Shown: positions 50,625 through 64,000 of the stretch, in pieces
How positions within the stretch are numbered: position 1 is the first letter of the stretch
Layout: the number at the start of each line of letters is the position of its first letter
From: Epiperipatus broadwayi
Lineage: Eukaryota > Animalia > Onychophora
Direction of reading: 5' to 3'
Length of the DNA stretch: 64,000 nucleotides
NCBI GenBank assembly: GCA_028023455.1
Contig: JAQFVV010000004.1
Span: forward strand, 16,926,001-16,990,000
The notes under the pieces: model-generated
Told to the model about the DNA's origin: nothing
What the model saw: the letters and a program-made list of their open reading frames with translations, nothing else
Databases searched by the model: none
Translations under genes and position numbers: made by a program

Positions 50625-53400
50625 ATACTGAATATGGTAAAGATCAGAAACAGTGGAAAACAGTAATTAAAAAAAATATCTTAAAAAATGAGCAGGATCA
50701 ATTCATGCTAGAGATTAAGTTAAGTAACAAAAGAGTAGAAATGGAAATAGATAGTGGCTTAGTAGGAATTTCTTTAATATCTATGAAAAAGTGGAAGGAA
50801 ATATCCACAGATAGCCCTCAGATTAAAATACAGAAAGCTAACATTAACGTTAGAGATATAAATGGGAACCCGATCAAGTTAATTGGGAAATCCAAAGTAA
50901 TAGTTGGTTTTAAAATAAAAACTACAAATTACCTATATATATAGTAGATAAAGATATTAGTCCGTTAATAGGAATAAACTGGTTTAAAGATTTAGGCATT
51001 AAATTTAATATAGTTAAAAAGGTCTCGGTGGAAAAGGAAATGATAGAGTTATATCCGAATTTATTTACGGAAGATTTAGGTTTGATAAAATCAAAGCCCA
51101 TTGACTTGCACTTAAATGAAAATGCTAAACCGGTTATTTGTAAACCAAGAAAAATACCTTTTGCCCAAAGGCAGTTAGTAGAGGAAAAAATAGAAGCATT
51201 AGTTAAAAAAGACGTGGGCCACGCCAATTGTTATGTTAACAAAACCAGACGGAAAAATTAGGCTGTGGGGAGATTATAGAACAACAGTAAATAAGTATCT
51301 TAATAAAGGAGCTTACCCGGTGCCGAATGTACGTGAGATTCTCAGTAATCTAGCTAAAGCAAAAATTTTTGCGAAATTGGATTTAAATTCGGCATATCAC
51401 CAACTAAAAGTTACGGATGATACAGCTCGGTTATTGACAATTACGACCCCTTTTGGATTATTCAAATGTAATCATCTCCCTTTTGGAATTACATCAGCTC
51501 CAAACATATTTCAAGCAAAAATAAATTCAATATTACAAGGCTCGGAAGGAGTGACGCCATATTATGACGATATTTTGATTGCTGCAACGTCACCGGAAAA
51601 ATTAAGAAGTAAAATTCGGGAAGTATGTGAGAAACTAAATAATGCAGGGGTAAAATTATATGTTAAAAAATACGTTTGGGAAACTGAAGAATTAAAGTTT
51701 TTAGGCCATCTTATTTCGGAAAAAGGGAAAAGTCGGTTAACTGATAAAATTAGGAGAGTCAAAGATGTTCCAAGCCCAATAAATGTCAAGCAACTTCAAA
51801 CTTTCCTAGGTTTGATTAATTTTTTCGAACCTTTTCTAAAGAACAAAGCGATGGTCGCAACTCCTCTATACGAACTGCTATTAGTGCATTCTGATACCGA
51901 CAAAGACATCACTATTACTACGGATGCATCACAATACGGAATCGCAGCAGGTTTAGCGCATCAAATAGACGGTCATGAACGTCCTGTAGCTTATGCTTCT
52001 CGGACTTTGTCTAAAGCTGAAAAAAATTATAGTCAGCTGGACAAAGAAGCTTTGGCAGTCATGTTTGCTAAGAAAAAATTTCACCAGTTTATATATGGAC
52101 GGAAACCTGAATTAGTAACAGATCACAAACCTTTGTTAGGGATTATAGGAAAAGTTCGTCCGATGCCAGAGCATTTAAGTCTACGCATGCTCAGATGGGC
52201 TAATACACTTACTGCTTACGATTTCAATCTAAAATATTAAAAAGGAAAGATAATTTCTCATGCGGACGCTCTATCTAGAGTGCCCAGAAATAATGACAAC
52301 TATGAAACTGATGTGGAAGTTAATCACATTGACAATATGAAATCACAAGTCATAAATAGTAAAGTAGTTCAGACATGGACAAATGAAAATGACAGGTATG
52401 TGTTACTTAGGAAATGGATAATCAAAGGTTGGCCTAATAAAAAACCTGAAAATTTAGCAATGGGATTTTGGGTCAATTGAAACCAATTGTCGGTCTGTAC
52501 AGGGTGTATTAATATGGGAGACAGAGTAGTTATACCTCCTATAGGAAGAATGAAAGTTCTAGAACTTTTGCGTCAGGGGCACCCAGGCATCGTGCGAGCT
52601 AAAGCTCTAGCTCGGAGTTATGTTTGGTGGCCGCAGATAAGTAATGATATTGAAAAGTATATTAAGAAATGTGATAAATGTAAGTCTGAAATAGCTCTGC
52701 CGAATAAACAATATTCTTCTTGGCCTAAACCAATATATCCGTGGCAAAGACTTCATATAGACCATGCAGGTCCAATAGAAGGAAGAAATTATTTAATTTT
52801 AATCGATGCTTTCTCTAAATGGATAGAATGTCATGAGGTTAAAAATACTAGTGCAAACGAAACAATAAAATGTTTAACAGACATATTTTATATACATGGT
52901 TTTCCACAAGTAATCGTCTCTGACAACGGAACTGGAGTTGTGAGTGAAGAATTAAAAATACAATTTGGAAAATGGGACATCAAACATGTATTTATACCCC
53001 TTTACCACTCTGAATCAAATGGTTTGGTGGAAAACGCGGTAGGGCAAGTGAAGAAATATTTAAGAAAAAACAAAAATACGGATATGAAAAATGTCTTGCA
53101 GGAATTCATGATGTATCAACATATAACTCCATCAACAACGACTGGAAAATCGCCAGCTGAAATGTTATTCGGTCAGAAAATACAAACTAATTTAGATTTT
53201 TTTATGACCTGATACATATATAAATAACCAAGACCCAGTGAAAAACTTTAACATTGGAGACGTGGTAATATTCAGAGATATACTATGTAAACAATGGGTT
53301 AATGGGAAAATTGAACGGGCACGATCAAAGCAAATTTATGATATTAAAGGCGAAAACGGAAACATATATAAGCGTCACAAAAATTATATTCGTAAAAGTG
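50621..53400 (+). pseudogene. pol: pol (protease, RT, RNase H, integrase), frameshifted
   Basis: MEIDSG, DYRTTVN, LDLNSAYHQ, YYDDIL, TDASQYG, HPG...CDKC, IDHAGP, SDNG and SNGLVE motifs. Confidence 0.92.
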
Positions 53401-53612
53401 AAGATGACATATAACTAGATATGTTCCAGCAGTTCCAACATGCAAATGAAAATAATTCAGATAACAGATGATACTGACCGGCATCGAAGAAGATGCGGTA
53501 GAAGAGGATAAAATACAGATTGAAAAGAGGAAATCACCTAGACCAATACAATGTAAAAGAAGACCTTTGTACCTAAAAGAATATGTATAAGACGGATAAA
53601 CCGTAACTTCTT

Positions 53613-53626
53613 GAGTGGGGGAGGAA
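53613..53626 (+). promoter_or_regulatory. Polypurine tract
   Basis: GAGTGGGGGAGGAA immediately before the 3' LTR. Confidence 0.85.
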
Positions 53627-56600
53627 TTGTTATGTTGTAGTACGATTAATATTAAGAAAAAATACGTTAGAAACTGTGTATATTCCAGAAGTTAAAAGTG
53701 TTAAATAATTACATGTGAAAGTAAACAAGTTGATTTAATAAAAATGAAAATTAGAAATTACAAATGGTTTTTCATATAGATATTTTATAAAAAGCAAGGT
53801 GTAAAACAAGATGGAAGATCCGAATAAATAATTAATTAAACGAAGGATTAAAAATGTAAAAAACAATTTAATTAATTAGTTCAGAAATAAGCCCAGAATA
53901 TTTTGGTGATTAAAATTGATAAGGAATAAACACTAGAACAAAAAGTAGATATAATCTAGCAGAGAAAGGACAGATAGTGTCAGTCCTGATTTTCTGAGAG
54001 ACTTAAGTGTAGCGCGAATTCAGAACAGGACCAATGATGGGAGGAGAACCAGATATTCGGGTCTGAAAGTACCAAAGACTGATCTAGGGTAATTATACAG
54101 ACTATACCTGACTTATTATTATTTTTGTAAGCCTTACAGGCGCTAGTAGAACTAATGATAATTCTGTTTATAAATGATTGTTATTTTTCATACTAATAAA
54201 ATCTTGTATGTGTTAAGTGGGATATCTTAATTTTATGCAAGAGAGTAATAGTTACTTGAATTAGGTGTATTTGATTGTTTCTCGTAAGTAACATTAAATC
54301 AAGTACATCACACTATTCTATACAGCTATATTAATCCTTTGAACTTCCCAAATAAATAATAATAACACTATATCTTAAAACTTGTTATTTAACAAATAAT
54401 TAATAATATAAAATTAAAAGCAATTACTACTAATATTAGCACATTGTTAAATAATACATTGCCATTATCACCAGAAAATCTATTAATCTTTTTTAAAAAC
54501 TTGACTGTAATATTAGGATAATAATAAATATTGAACAATTTATTAATAATATTTATCATTAAAGAGTACAAGTCACATAGGTAATACAATGGTTAATTAA
54601 AATAATTGAAAGATTAACACCTGCAATAATACATTCATAAGCATGAAGATAAATTTTTTTAAGATTTGACATTTTGAAATTAAAATATCTGTTATTGATT
54701 GATTAAACTAGCTATTTTAAACCAAAATTAACAAGTAATAATTACAACTAAACTATAACTCGGGCTCCTATAGTTCCATCAAAAACATGCCATATGTAAC
54801 TATTTAATAAACTCAGGCAGTCACCTCGACTATACACCTATCTAATATATTAGTGCATCTACATTGGCCATACACCTATCTAATATACTCGTGCATCCAT
54901 GTTGACACACCAAAAATTGACCGTGTACCCATATAACGAACTAGAATATTTTCCTGGCACAAATATTGGAATCAAAGATTACACAAACAGGCACTATAAT
55001 AGCTATGGATTTTTGAAACACTAGACTATGAGACCTTTTATAGAAGATATAATAATTAATTCTAATTACTAAAATGCAAGGTTTTTTATATTACATTAAA
55101 TCTTATCTCAGGTTTTATTTTTATTTTGTTTAAAGTATAGGCTCTTTTACAATTTTAAAATTTCATTTTAGATTCTCAAATGTCTTTATCTCCGGGTTCA
55201 AATTCAACATATATTTGAAACAAGAAACGCCAATCATAATATATTTAAGCATTTACTATTATTGAAGCAATACCTCAAACATTTTATATTTTTTTATTAA
55301 TTTTATCCTTAGCGTTAATACTTTAAGGAAGCAGAAATGAAACTACACAATAATAGAGTAATCAAATATTTAAATAATATATGGCTAGCAAATGAAAACA
55401 TTTCTAAATATTTTAAAGTTATTTAGGTATAGCTATTTCATCTATAAAATACATAAGTTTCATATCTGCTGATGCAACTTTTAATAAGCAGCAGCATTGA
55501 ATAATATAGAAAGTAGTAAGGGTATATTTCATATTACCAACTACATAACAAATGTATTTGAAAATAAAACATATAACGTAGTATTTATCTTCTGATAATG
55601 CAGATAAAAATGAATAATAAGCAAAATGAATAAATAAACTTGAAAATAAATAAATTCTAATATGTAGGTAAAAATGAATAATAAGTAAAGCAGATAAATA
55701 TATTTTATTTCACCATTGAAGTGTACTCTTATAAAATAATAATGAAAACTCAAAGTAGATTTTCTCTGAGTAATAAATGTGATAATGCAACAATATCAGA
55801 ATAGCAACAAAACATAAATATATTTAATTAATAGCAAAAAATATTTATTTACAACATATAATAATTTCAATACAATAGTATTAATTTACAATAATCATTA
55901 TTTTTTTTAATAATTTAATATATTATACTCACAAATTTGAATAAATTTTACATGTGAGTACACCTTTCATAAAACATTCCTAAAAATTTATAACATAAGT
56001 AATTATCATTACTCAAAAGTTCTCTCATCTATCCAATACAGTCTTTATTTCAAACATTATAGCCATAGAGTAACAACTTTATAGCTATATACCTATATCC
56101 AGGTCACTATTAAGATATATACTTTTCAGACCAAAATAGAATTGAAAAATCAATGTGGAGACATTTTATAAGTTTTAAAAAATACGCTTAATATATTTTA
56201 AAATATATAGCAAAGCTAATAATATTGAATTATGAGATAAACATGTCTTTAGATATTTGCAATATACTAAAATACACTTTAACATTGAAATTCTATGACA
56301 AAGTAGATAATTAAAATACAATCAAATAAAATACAAATAGGCACTCAGTAACTATATGCAGACAGTGCCAATAAATAAACAAGTTGCACTCTCACTCATG
56401 GAGAGGCTAAATGCATATAATAATCAATATAATATCCAATTAAAATTGCCTACCACCAATATATGAGATATAGAGCTGATAATAATAAATAATTAAATAA
56501 TTATACCTCTCACATGCACATACACAAGGCGTACAATGCATAAACCAACAAAATTGTCTTTGCATTAAGATGACAACATTTATCAATTATCTGAAATTCT

Positions 56601-57219
56601 CACACACATTGACATTCATAATACTTTCATTTATAAATACTTATATAAAATATATAAAGAGGCTGTTAGACTTTGGGTACAATCTTTTATTTAAGGTTAT
56701 CTATAATAATAGTAGAAATTAACTCATAGAATAAACTTTTACTATATATTTTACCCAATTCCGTTTCTTGGACTAATAATTATTATATAATGAGCGTGCC
56801 AATTATTGGATTAATAATATAATACATAAATTATAGCTCCAAATAATTTTAAATATACCAAAAATGTATATATGATAAATATTATACTCTCCTTCAGATT
56901 AGAAATTTCAATTTTTTTCTTTTGTAAGGAAAATTATCTCTTTTTGTTCAAGTCCTTTTTGTTATATGGCATATCGAAGATATGAAGATTTATAGCAGAG
57001 ATTTTTTTTTGAGAAAATATTCATAATTAAGTTTAACAAGTTTAAAGATGACAAGAGTCGATAATAGGTATTTTGAATAATATATGGTTCCTTTATAACA
57101 CATTTCTAATTGTAATATGAATTGGAAGAGAAATGAGCAGAAAGAGAACATTAATTAACAACTGTTCTTTATACAGTTTCATATTATAATTTGACATTTT
57201 AGCAATATTAAGTACTACT

Positions 57220-59117
57220 CATCATCATCATCAACCATTATCAATCCACTGCAGGATGAAGGTCTCCAAGTTCAATCCATCTTTTCCTATCTTTAGCTTC
57301 TCTTCTCCACATCACCCCTGCACCCTTTCTTATTTCATCCATCAATCTCACATGTGGTCTCTTTCTGGGTCTTTTACAATCTCTTGGAATCCAGTTTAAA
57401 ATTTCAATTGTCCATCTATTATCATCTCTTCTAACAATAAGTCCATCCCAACTCCAGACTTTTAATTTTTCAATGAGGTCAGTAACACCCACCTGTTTGT
57501 TCTTTTACCCATACATGACGTTTTTGATCCCTTCTTGTTACTCCCAACATGCATCTCTCCACACTTCTTTGAGTGGTCTGAAGTCTCTGGAATGCTCTTC
57601 TATTAAGTGTCCAAGTCTCAAATCCATAAGTAAGAACTGGCAAAATACATTTATTAAAAACCTTCCTTTTCAAACACATAGGCATATTTTTTTTTAGTAT
57701 CAAGTTAGTATCAAGTTTAATTCTATGATTAATTTCATCCATTATATTTCCATTTGTATTAATAATCTGACCAAGGTATTTGTAACTGTTAACTTCTTCT
57801 AACTCATCATAATCAATCTTTATTTTCATATTTTGAGAAAATCTATTAAACATTACTTTAGTCTTTTTAACATTTATCTTTAGTCCTATTTTCAACGTTC
57901 ATGTGATAACTCCTGCAACATTTCCTGTAGCCCTAAAGCATTATTTGCAAAAACAACTACATCATCTGCAAAATTTAAATAACTTAAATAATCTCCATTT
58001 ACTTTCACTCCTTTAGCTTCCCATTTTAATCCACAAAATACTTCTTGCAGCACTGCTGTAAAAAGTTTTGGAGATATGGAGTCATCCTGTCTTATACCCT
58101 TTTCAATGTTGATTTTCCTACTATCATTATGTAATCTAATTGTTGCTGTTGCATTTTTATAAATATTCTTTATATGAAAATATCCTGGATCTACATCTTG
58201 ATGATCCAATGTTTTAATCACTGAAGAAATATTTATAGAATCAAATGCCTTTTCATAGTCTACAAATCCTAAGCATAATGGCAACTCATATTAATTTGTC
58301 CTTTCTATAATTTCTCTCAATACCTGGATATGATCTACTATACTAAAACCACTTTTAAATCCAGCTTGTTCTCTTGGTTGGTGGAAATTCAATGTTCTCT
58401 GTAGACGAGTTGTAATTATCTTAGTAAAAATTTTGTATAAAACTGATAAAAGACTGGTAGGTCTGTAATTTCTAATATCTTATTTATCACCTTTTTTAAA
58501 TATTAATATTAATACTGCATTTTTCCAATCATCTGGTACATCTTTATCATTTAGACCTTTGGTATATAACTTTGCTAAAAAAAATTTCTATTTCTTCACT
58601 TGATTCTTTTAATATATCAATTATAATTCCATCATTACCAGGAGCCTTCCCTTTCTCATAAATTTAATTGCATGTCTCACTTCCTCATTCAAAATTCTGG
58701 GCAATTCGGAATATATAATAGATATAGAAGGCACTTGTTCTTTATTACTATATAATTCTTGATAGAAGTTTTCTACACATTTCATGATGTCATCTCTCTT
58801 TTTAGTAATAATGCCATCTTTTTTTCTTATTGCAGATATAAATTTCCTACCAGTACCAAAATGTTGTTTTACACTCTTTAGACTTTTATTCTCTTTTACA
58901 GCTTTCCTTGCTAGTTCACAGTTATACTTTCTTATATCATTTTCAACTCTTTTCCACACCATTTTACAAAATTTGAGATATTCAATCCTTTTTAATGCAT
59001 CATTTTTGTATATCTTCATATTCCTTTTTTTCATAAATTCTCTAGTCTCAGTAGAAATTTTATTGGTCAATTGCTGCTTTTTTCTACCAGCTATCTTTGT
59101 TGTAGTTTTTAAAAGTG
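57220..59117 (-). mobile_element. 5'-truncated RTE-clade LINE
   Basis: FVDYEKAFDSI, GIRQ.DSISPKLF, LNFADD and YKYLGQ motifs; (GAT)n tail; 14-bp TSD TATTAAGTACTACT (57206-57219, 59118-59131). Confidence 0.92.
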
Positions 59118-61247
59118 TATTAAGTACTACTACTTAAGCTTAAATCACTTCTTTTTTTAATGTAAAACAATATATTTAAAACAAATAAGCAATTTAGAAA
59201 ACTATTCTAATGAATAGATAGATGAACTTGGAATGGATAATTATGTTAATCCAATGTTAGCTTATTTGTCTTAGCATGAAAATATCTATTTCAAGATATT
59301 TAAAAGGTTGATTTTTATGACTTTATATTTTATTATCATTTTATAATACAAGACTAAATTATTGTCACTCTTTTTAATAAACTCAATATTTTGATGATAG
59401 TTCATAATTTTCATATTTTAATTTGGCATAAATATAACTTTCTTAGCTACTAACATTAGTGTTAATAACTAATTAAAAGAGTAATTAGATTGTCAAAGAT
59501 AATTATTATAGCAAAAGTTTGAAGTTAGCTAATGCTTTAGTATAAGAATAAATAACATACTTTTCCTCATAAGCAATGTTTTTATTGACTTTTGAAAATT
59601 ACTAAGATTACTGCTTGATAAGTTTATTGAACATATAGGGTAGTACTGCAATGGATAACTTTTTACTTTCTATTCAGCCATGGAGACAATAAAGAATCAA
59701 ACTTAAAATTTTTAAACTGACTTAAAAAAATCAGTTAAATTAAAACTAATTAATATAATTCAAAACCAAAGTGAAGTGGAATAATTAAAGAATAAGATTA
59801 GATGATTTTTATAATAGTGTGTGTGTTTTTATACACACATGCACATCAAGATTTTCCACTGCATTTCTTGTAATTGTGATATATCTCAACAATCCTTTCA
59901 CAGTATTTTGTCATAATATGTAAATTATTAGTGTATTTTTATTTTTTACGTTTGATTAATTTAACCTCCATCTTTATCAGTTCAGTCTATTCAATCATGT
60001 GACTTCTAGACTGAAAATCAAATACAAATAAACTATTAATTACAATTTTATTATTAAATAAATGATTTATTCAATACTAATAAAAAAGTTACTTTTTTAA
60101 AAAAATTAAACATTCCTTTTATCTCAAAGTATCTTCTTTATTTTACTTTATCCTAATTAAAAACTTTTTAATATTATAATTATTAGATGTATCCTTTGTT
60201 TTAAAATATTACTTTTAATAACCTTTTAAACTTTACATTTATTCACATGCACACTAAATATAACTATTATTTTAAAACAATGAAAGTAAATTAATAATTA
60301 ACATTTAAATTGACAGTTATCCCAGTGAGTTATACTTAATATCTCTAAATTCTGATTTTAAACACTTTACATAAACTAACATTTAATAAATCACTACTTT
60401 AAAATCATTTATTAAAAAAACCACCAACAAAGATCCTAACAGATTTAAATAACCATTTTTTATATAACATAAAATAACTTTGATCATTGCATTTACTTGA
60501 AATACAGCAAGTTTTAAATTAACCCGTCTTTAGATTCAAACTATTAATTATAATCTTTTAAGCAAATATTAAATAATCTGAGTATTTTTAAATAACTAAG
60601 AATTAAATAGGATAACTGAATTATTTTAATCCACAATATTGAAACATTTAGCTTAAGACTTTAATATAATAATACTAATAAGGAAATCTGTTTATTATAA
60701 TTGCTAAAAAAAATTTTTAAAAAGCATTTCAACATATATCTAACTCAGAGAGTTAAATATATGGTTACAATATATTACTATTTGATCTACAAGTAACCAC
60801 CCTTCTTGCAGTCATATCTTTGATGTTACCCATTTTAAAAAAATATATTAGTGATTATTATTAATTATATTAGTCTGAAGATTATTATAATTTTCACTCT
60901 TAACCCAAATATAAATTTTAAATTCAGTTAGGAATTAATTGTTTGTTTTTTTAAAAACAAAAACAAAACATAATCACACTTTTTATTTTATATATATATA
61001 TATTAGATATACTTAAAACTTGCATTCTACCATACATTTTTGAAATATATGAATAAGAAATATCTGAAAAAGACAAATGACTCCCAAGATGTATTTTAAT
61101 GCTGAACCAATACTTTTCAGTTGGCCCTGCCACAATCTTTTACACATATATTGTAAATGTGTATTGTGGGATGGAAGTTTTTATTATTGTTTATGTTTAT
61201 GGATTTTATTTATTTATGTCTTTTTAAATAATTAACATTCATTTTAG

Positions 61248-61337
61248 AACTTATGACTATCAAAGATTTTCTTGATGTAATGGCTTCTGTACTCCAACAA
61301 CAAACTTTCATTTCTGTTTCTAGAAGAAATGAAATAA
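61248..61337 (+). CDS. TBC1D32: TBC1D32 homologue coding exon
   Basis: cattttag|AA...ATAA|gtaagt, phase 1 to 1. LMTIKDFLDVMASVLQQQ vs recalled LVSLIDLLVLFTQLIYY. Confidence 0.75.
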
Positions 61338-61576
61338 GTAAGTATTGCAATTATATATTAAGTGTCAGTCATTATTTATTGTATTAAAAGAAAACCTAGC
61401 TTGCATTTTTACTTTATCTTAAATTATGTATAAATTTTTATCTAAAATAAAAGATTTTTGCATATAATGACATGATGAATCATACATTCATGTTATTATA
61501 TGTCCTCTGAATGAATTTCAGTTTATTGCACTAGGACAGTGGGTTTAATTCTTTTTTCTTTAGTGCCCTTTTTCAG

Positions 61577-61597
61577 ATTCCAAAATTTGTGATTTAT
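61577..61597 (+). CDS. TBC1D32: Candidate 21-nt micro-exon of TBC1D32
   Basis: ccctttttcag|ATTCCAAAATTTGTGATTTAT|gtaagt; open and phase 1 to 1 (N-SKICDL). No homology support. Confidence 0.4.
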
Positions 61598-62539
61598 GTA
61601 AGTTTTATGAAACTAATATAACTTGAAAAGTATAGAAAAGCTATGTGAATATTTAAGATTTTTTTCCACACAAGTTCCAATAATTTAGAGTACTTCCAAA
61701 GCATATACAAAATACAGGCCTATAGAAATATTAAGACTGGAATATTTTCTGGACACCTATCATTCTCTTGAGAGTTTACAGTGTTGTTAAGAATCATTGT
61801 ACTAGGATAATTTAGTTATTAGAAAGCTTTAAGAAATCATTTGATGGTATATGAGATAGTAGAATTAATATTAAAATTGTGAGACATCAAACAAATTTAT
61901 AAAAAAATTAATGTTATATAATAGTAAATACTCTGCCTTTATATTCAAATAAAATAAAACTCATAAAAGTATGTAAATCTAATTTACTGAATTAAATTGT
62001 TAAAATTCCCTTTATAATATCTCTAGATGTCATAGAATGTACACTTTAATTTTAAATGTACATTTATTAGACAATAAGGCTGCAGAAAGGAGTTTGTTGA
62101 TAACTGAAAGGAGATCATTTGATTCCTTTTTGAGAATTTAAAGGAACTGAGCAGAACAAATTCCTAATGTCCACATCATATATTCTAGTCATTGCAACTA
62201 TCATTACTATATAATTATTCATATAATATACAAACATGAATGGGCTGTTCACCAACCCACACCAGCCATTGTGATGAATTTATTGGCTTTTTGATCAAGA
62301 AACAATATGGTCTTTCTTCTCATTTGTCTCATAGCTCTTTTTTATTGAAGGCAGAAAGATTGTATGTGAATGAATTTTTTTAATATATATTTACAATCAT
62401 GAGAGACAAAACTAAATTATGGCTCCTATTTCTATGCTCCAAAGTTTCCAACTGAGGAAGCAGTTGATGCTTGAAGACAAAGGGTGCTAAGAATCCCCTG
62501 ATTGCAGACTCAGCCTGCCATTTGATGACAATCTTTTAT

Positions 62540-64000
62540 TTAGATACTTAGAACTGCAGATCACTTTCAGGTAATAGAAGATTTATTGAATTGAAAGAAC
62601 TGTCTCATATTCGATGGGACATTGACTTTGTGAAGTTAGAAGAAAAGAGTAAGAGACAATTGAATTAAAAAGTGGCATGTATTATACTACAAAGTCACAA
62701 ATATTGGAATCCCAAGAGGAATAGGATCCATTATAAATAAAAAATGGAAGAACAACATTATGAAGACTGAATGACAAGATTAATTATTCAATTTAATGTA
62801 AGATATCAAATGCAGATAATTCAGACTTTTGATCAGACCAATCAATATTTTAAAATTATCATGGAAGATTTTAATGCTTGAAAGCTGAAAGTGATGTGAA
62901 TAAATTTGGTTATGGTGGTAGAACTGAGAGAGATCATAGACTTGTGGAGGATGCAGAAAAAGAAAAACTGTATATTCATTGAATTCTTTCTATAAGAAAA
63001 TGGAAATAGCATGAAAACTCCAGATGAAGGAGCAGCAGAATTGGATTATATATTTGTCTAACAGAAAATATGCCTTTCAAGATCGTAATGTTCTTAATAA
63101 ATTAAACACAGGAAATGATTATTGATTAGTGAGATGTCAGAAACATGTTAATGCAAAGCTAGAGAGACAAAAATTATTAAGAAAAACCAATATTCACAGT
63201 TGACATTTTTAATCTTTAGGAACATTCCAATGAATTTAAATTAGAACTTGCAAATCAGTTTAAAATATTAACAAAGGTTGGAAGATGTTACACTATTAAG
63301 GAACTGCAATCAAAAATAGTTGGTACAAAATAGCAGCAATTTATCAATAAAATTTTTAATGACGAGACAATTTATTAAGAAAGAAGGTATATGAAAATAT
63401 ATAAAAATGATTCATTAAGAAGGATTGAATATTTAGAATTTTGTAAAATGATATAAAAAGGAGCTAATAATAATATAAGAAAATATAATTATGAATTAGC
63501 AAGAGAAGCTATAGAAGAGAATAAAAGTATCTAAAGTATAAAATGACATCTTTGTATTGGAAGAAAACATTTCTGCAATAAGTAAAAAAGATGGTATTAC
63601 TGATAAAAAAAAGATTATATCATGAAATGAGGGGAAGATTTCTATAAAGAATTATATAGCAACAAAGAACAAGAAAAATTGTCTCCTACAATTTCTACAT
63701 CTTCTGATTGCCCAGCTTTTTAAATGAAGAAGTGAGAAATGCAATTAAATCTATGAAGAAGAAAAAAGTTGCAGGTAATAATGGAATTATGATTGATGTG
63801 TTACAAGAAACAGGTGAAGGAATAGAAAAATTGGTGCAAAATTATATATCAAATATTCAAATGATAAAGATGTACCAGATTATTGGAAGAATACAGTAAT
63901 AATATTGATATTTAAAAAAGTTAATAAAAAAGATATTAGAAATTATTGACTTATCTGTTTTTTACACAAAAATTTACCAGGATAATTATAACTCATTTAT
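62540..64000 (+). mobile_element. Older degenerate RTE LINE related to 57220-59117, running off the window end
   Basis: APE remnants (HIRWDI, IIMEDFNA), then sequence colinear with the 57-59 kb copy (KNDSLRRIEYLEFCKM, LNEEVRNAIKSMKKKKVAG). Confidence 0.8.

Larger units (their letters stand above)
49106..54312 (+). mobile_element. Full-length, inactivated Ty3/gypsy LTR retrotransposon (Mag/K02A2.6-like)
   Basis: LTRs 49106-49789 and 53628-54312 (TG...CA; about 19 substitutions and 1 indel by manual comparison, ~97%). TSD CTATT, PBS, PPT, and gag-PR-RT-RH-IN order. Confidence 0.97.

Noticed and set aside
54313-55100. Possible 5' leader of the 47-49 kb gypsy fragment, with a 38-bp tandem repeat at 54832-54907
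   Set aside because: No PBS or LTR recognisable, so the link is unsupported.
1-64000. CRISPR arrays, rRNA/tRNA genes, prokaryotic operons; most short ORF-track entries
   Set aside because: No repeat-spacer arrays or RNA genes were seen. The remaining short ORFs are low-complexity chance frames or antisense to TE ORFs.

Overview
AT-rich animal (probably invertebrate/arthropod) genomic DNA. The host gene is on the + strand: seven phase-compatible coding exons (4218-61337) encode a middle part of a TBC1D32/Broad-minded homologue, with introns up to about 20 kb. The introns contain nested transposable elements. These include a full-length but dead Ty3/gypsy (Mag-like) element with 684/685-bp LTRs and a 5-bp TSD, two more degenerate gypsy elements, a hAT element (8-bp TSD), a Merlin element (8-bp TSD) carrying an LTR, several LINE copies (RTE, Tx1/L1-like, CR1/Jockey-like) and a head-to-head pair of degenerate Penelope (RT + GIY-YIG) elements. 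The most unusual signal is a set of small non-coding insertions that carry hammerhead-ribozyme motifs and/or long inverted repeats, several flanked by 13-14-bp direct repeats; they resemble Penelope pseudo-LTRs or retrozymes. One of them (21493-22539) has two hammerhead-derived direct repeats around a roughly 450-nt hairpin. A nearly full-length RTE LINE shows a twin-priming-type 5' inversion. All homology calls come from motif recognition and recalled sequences; no database search was run.
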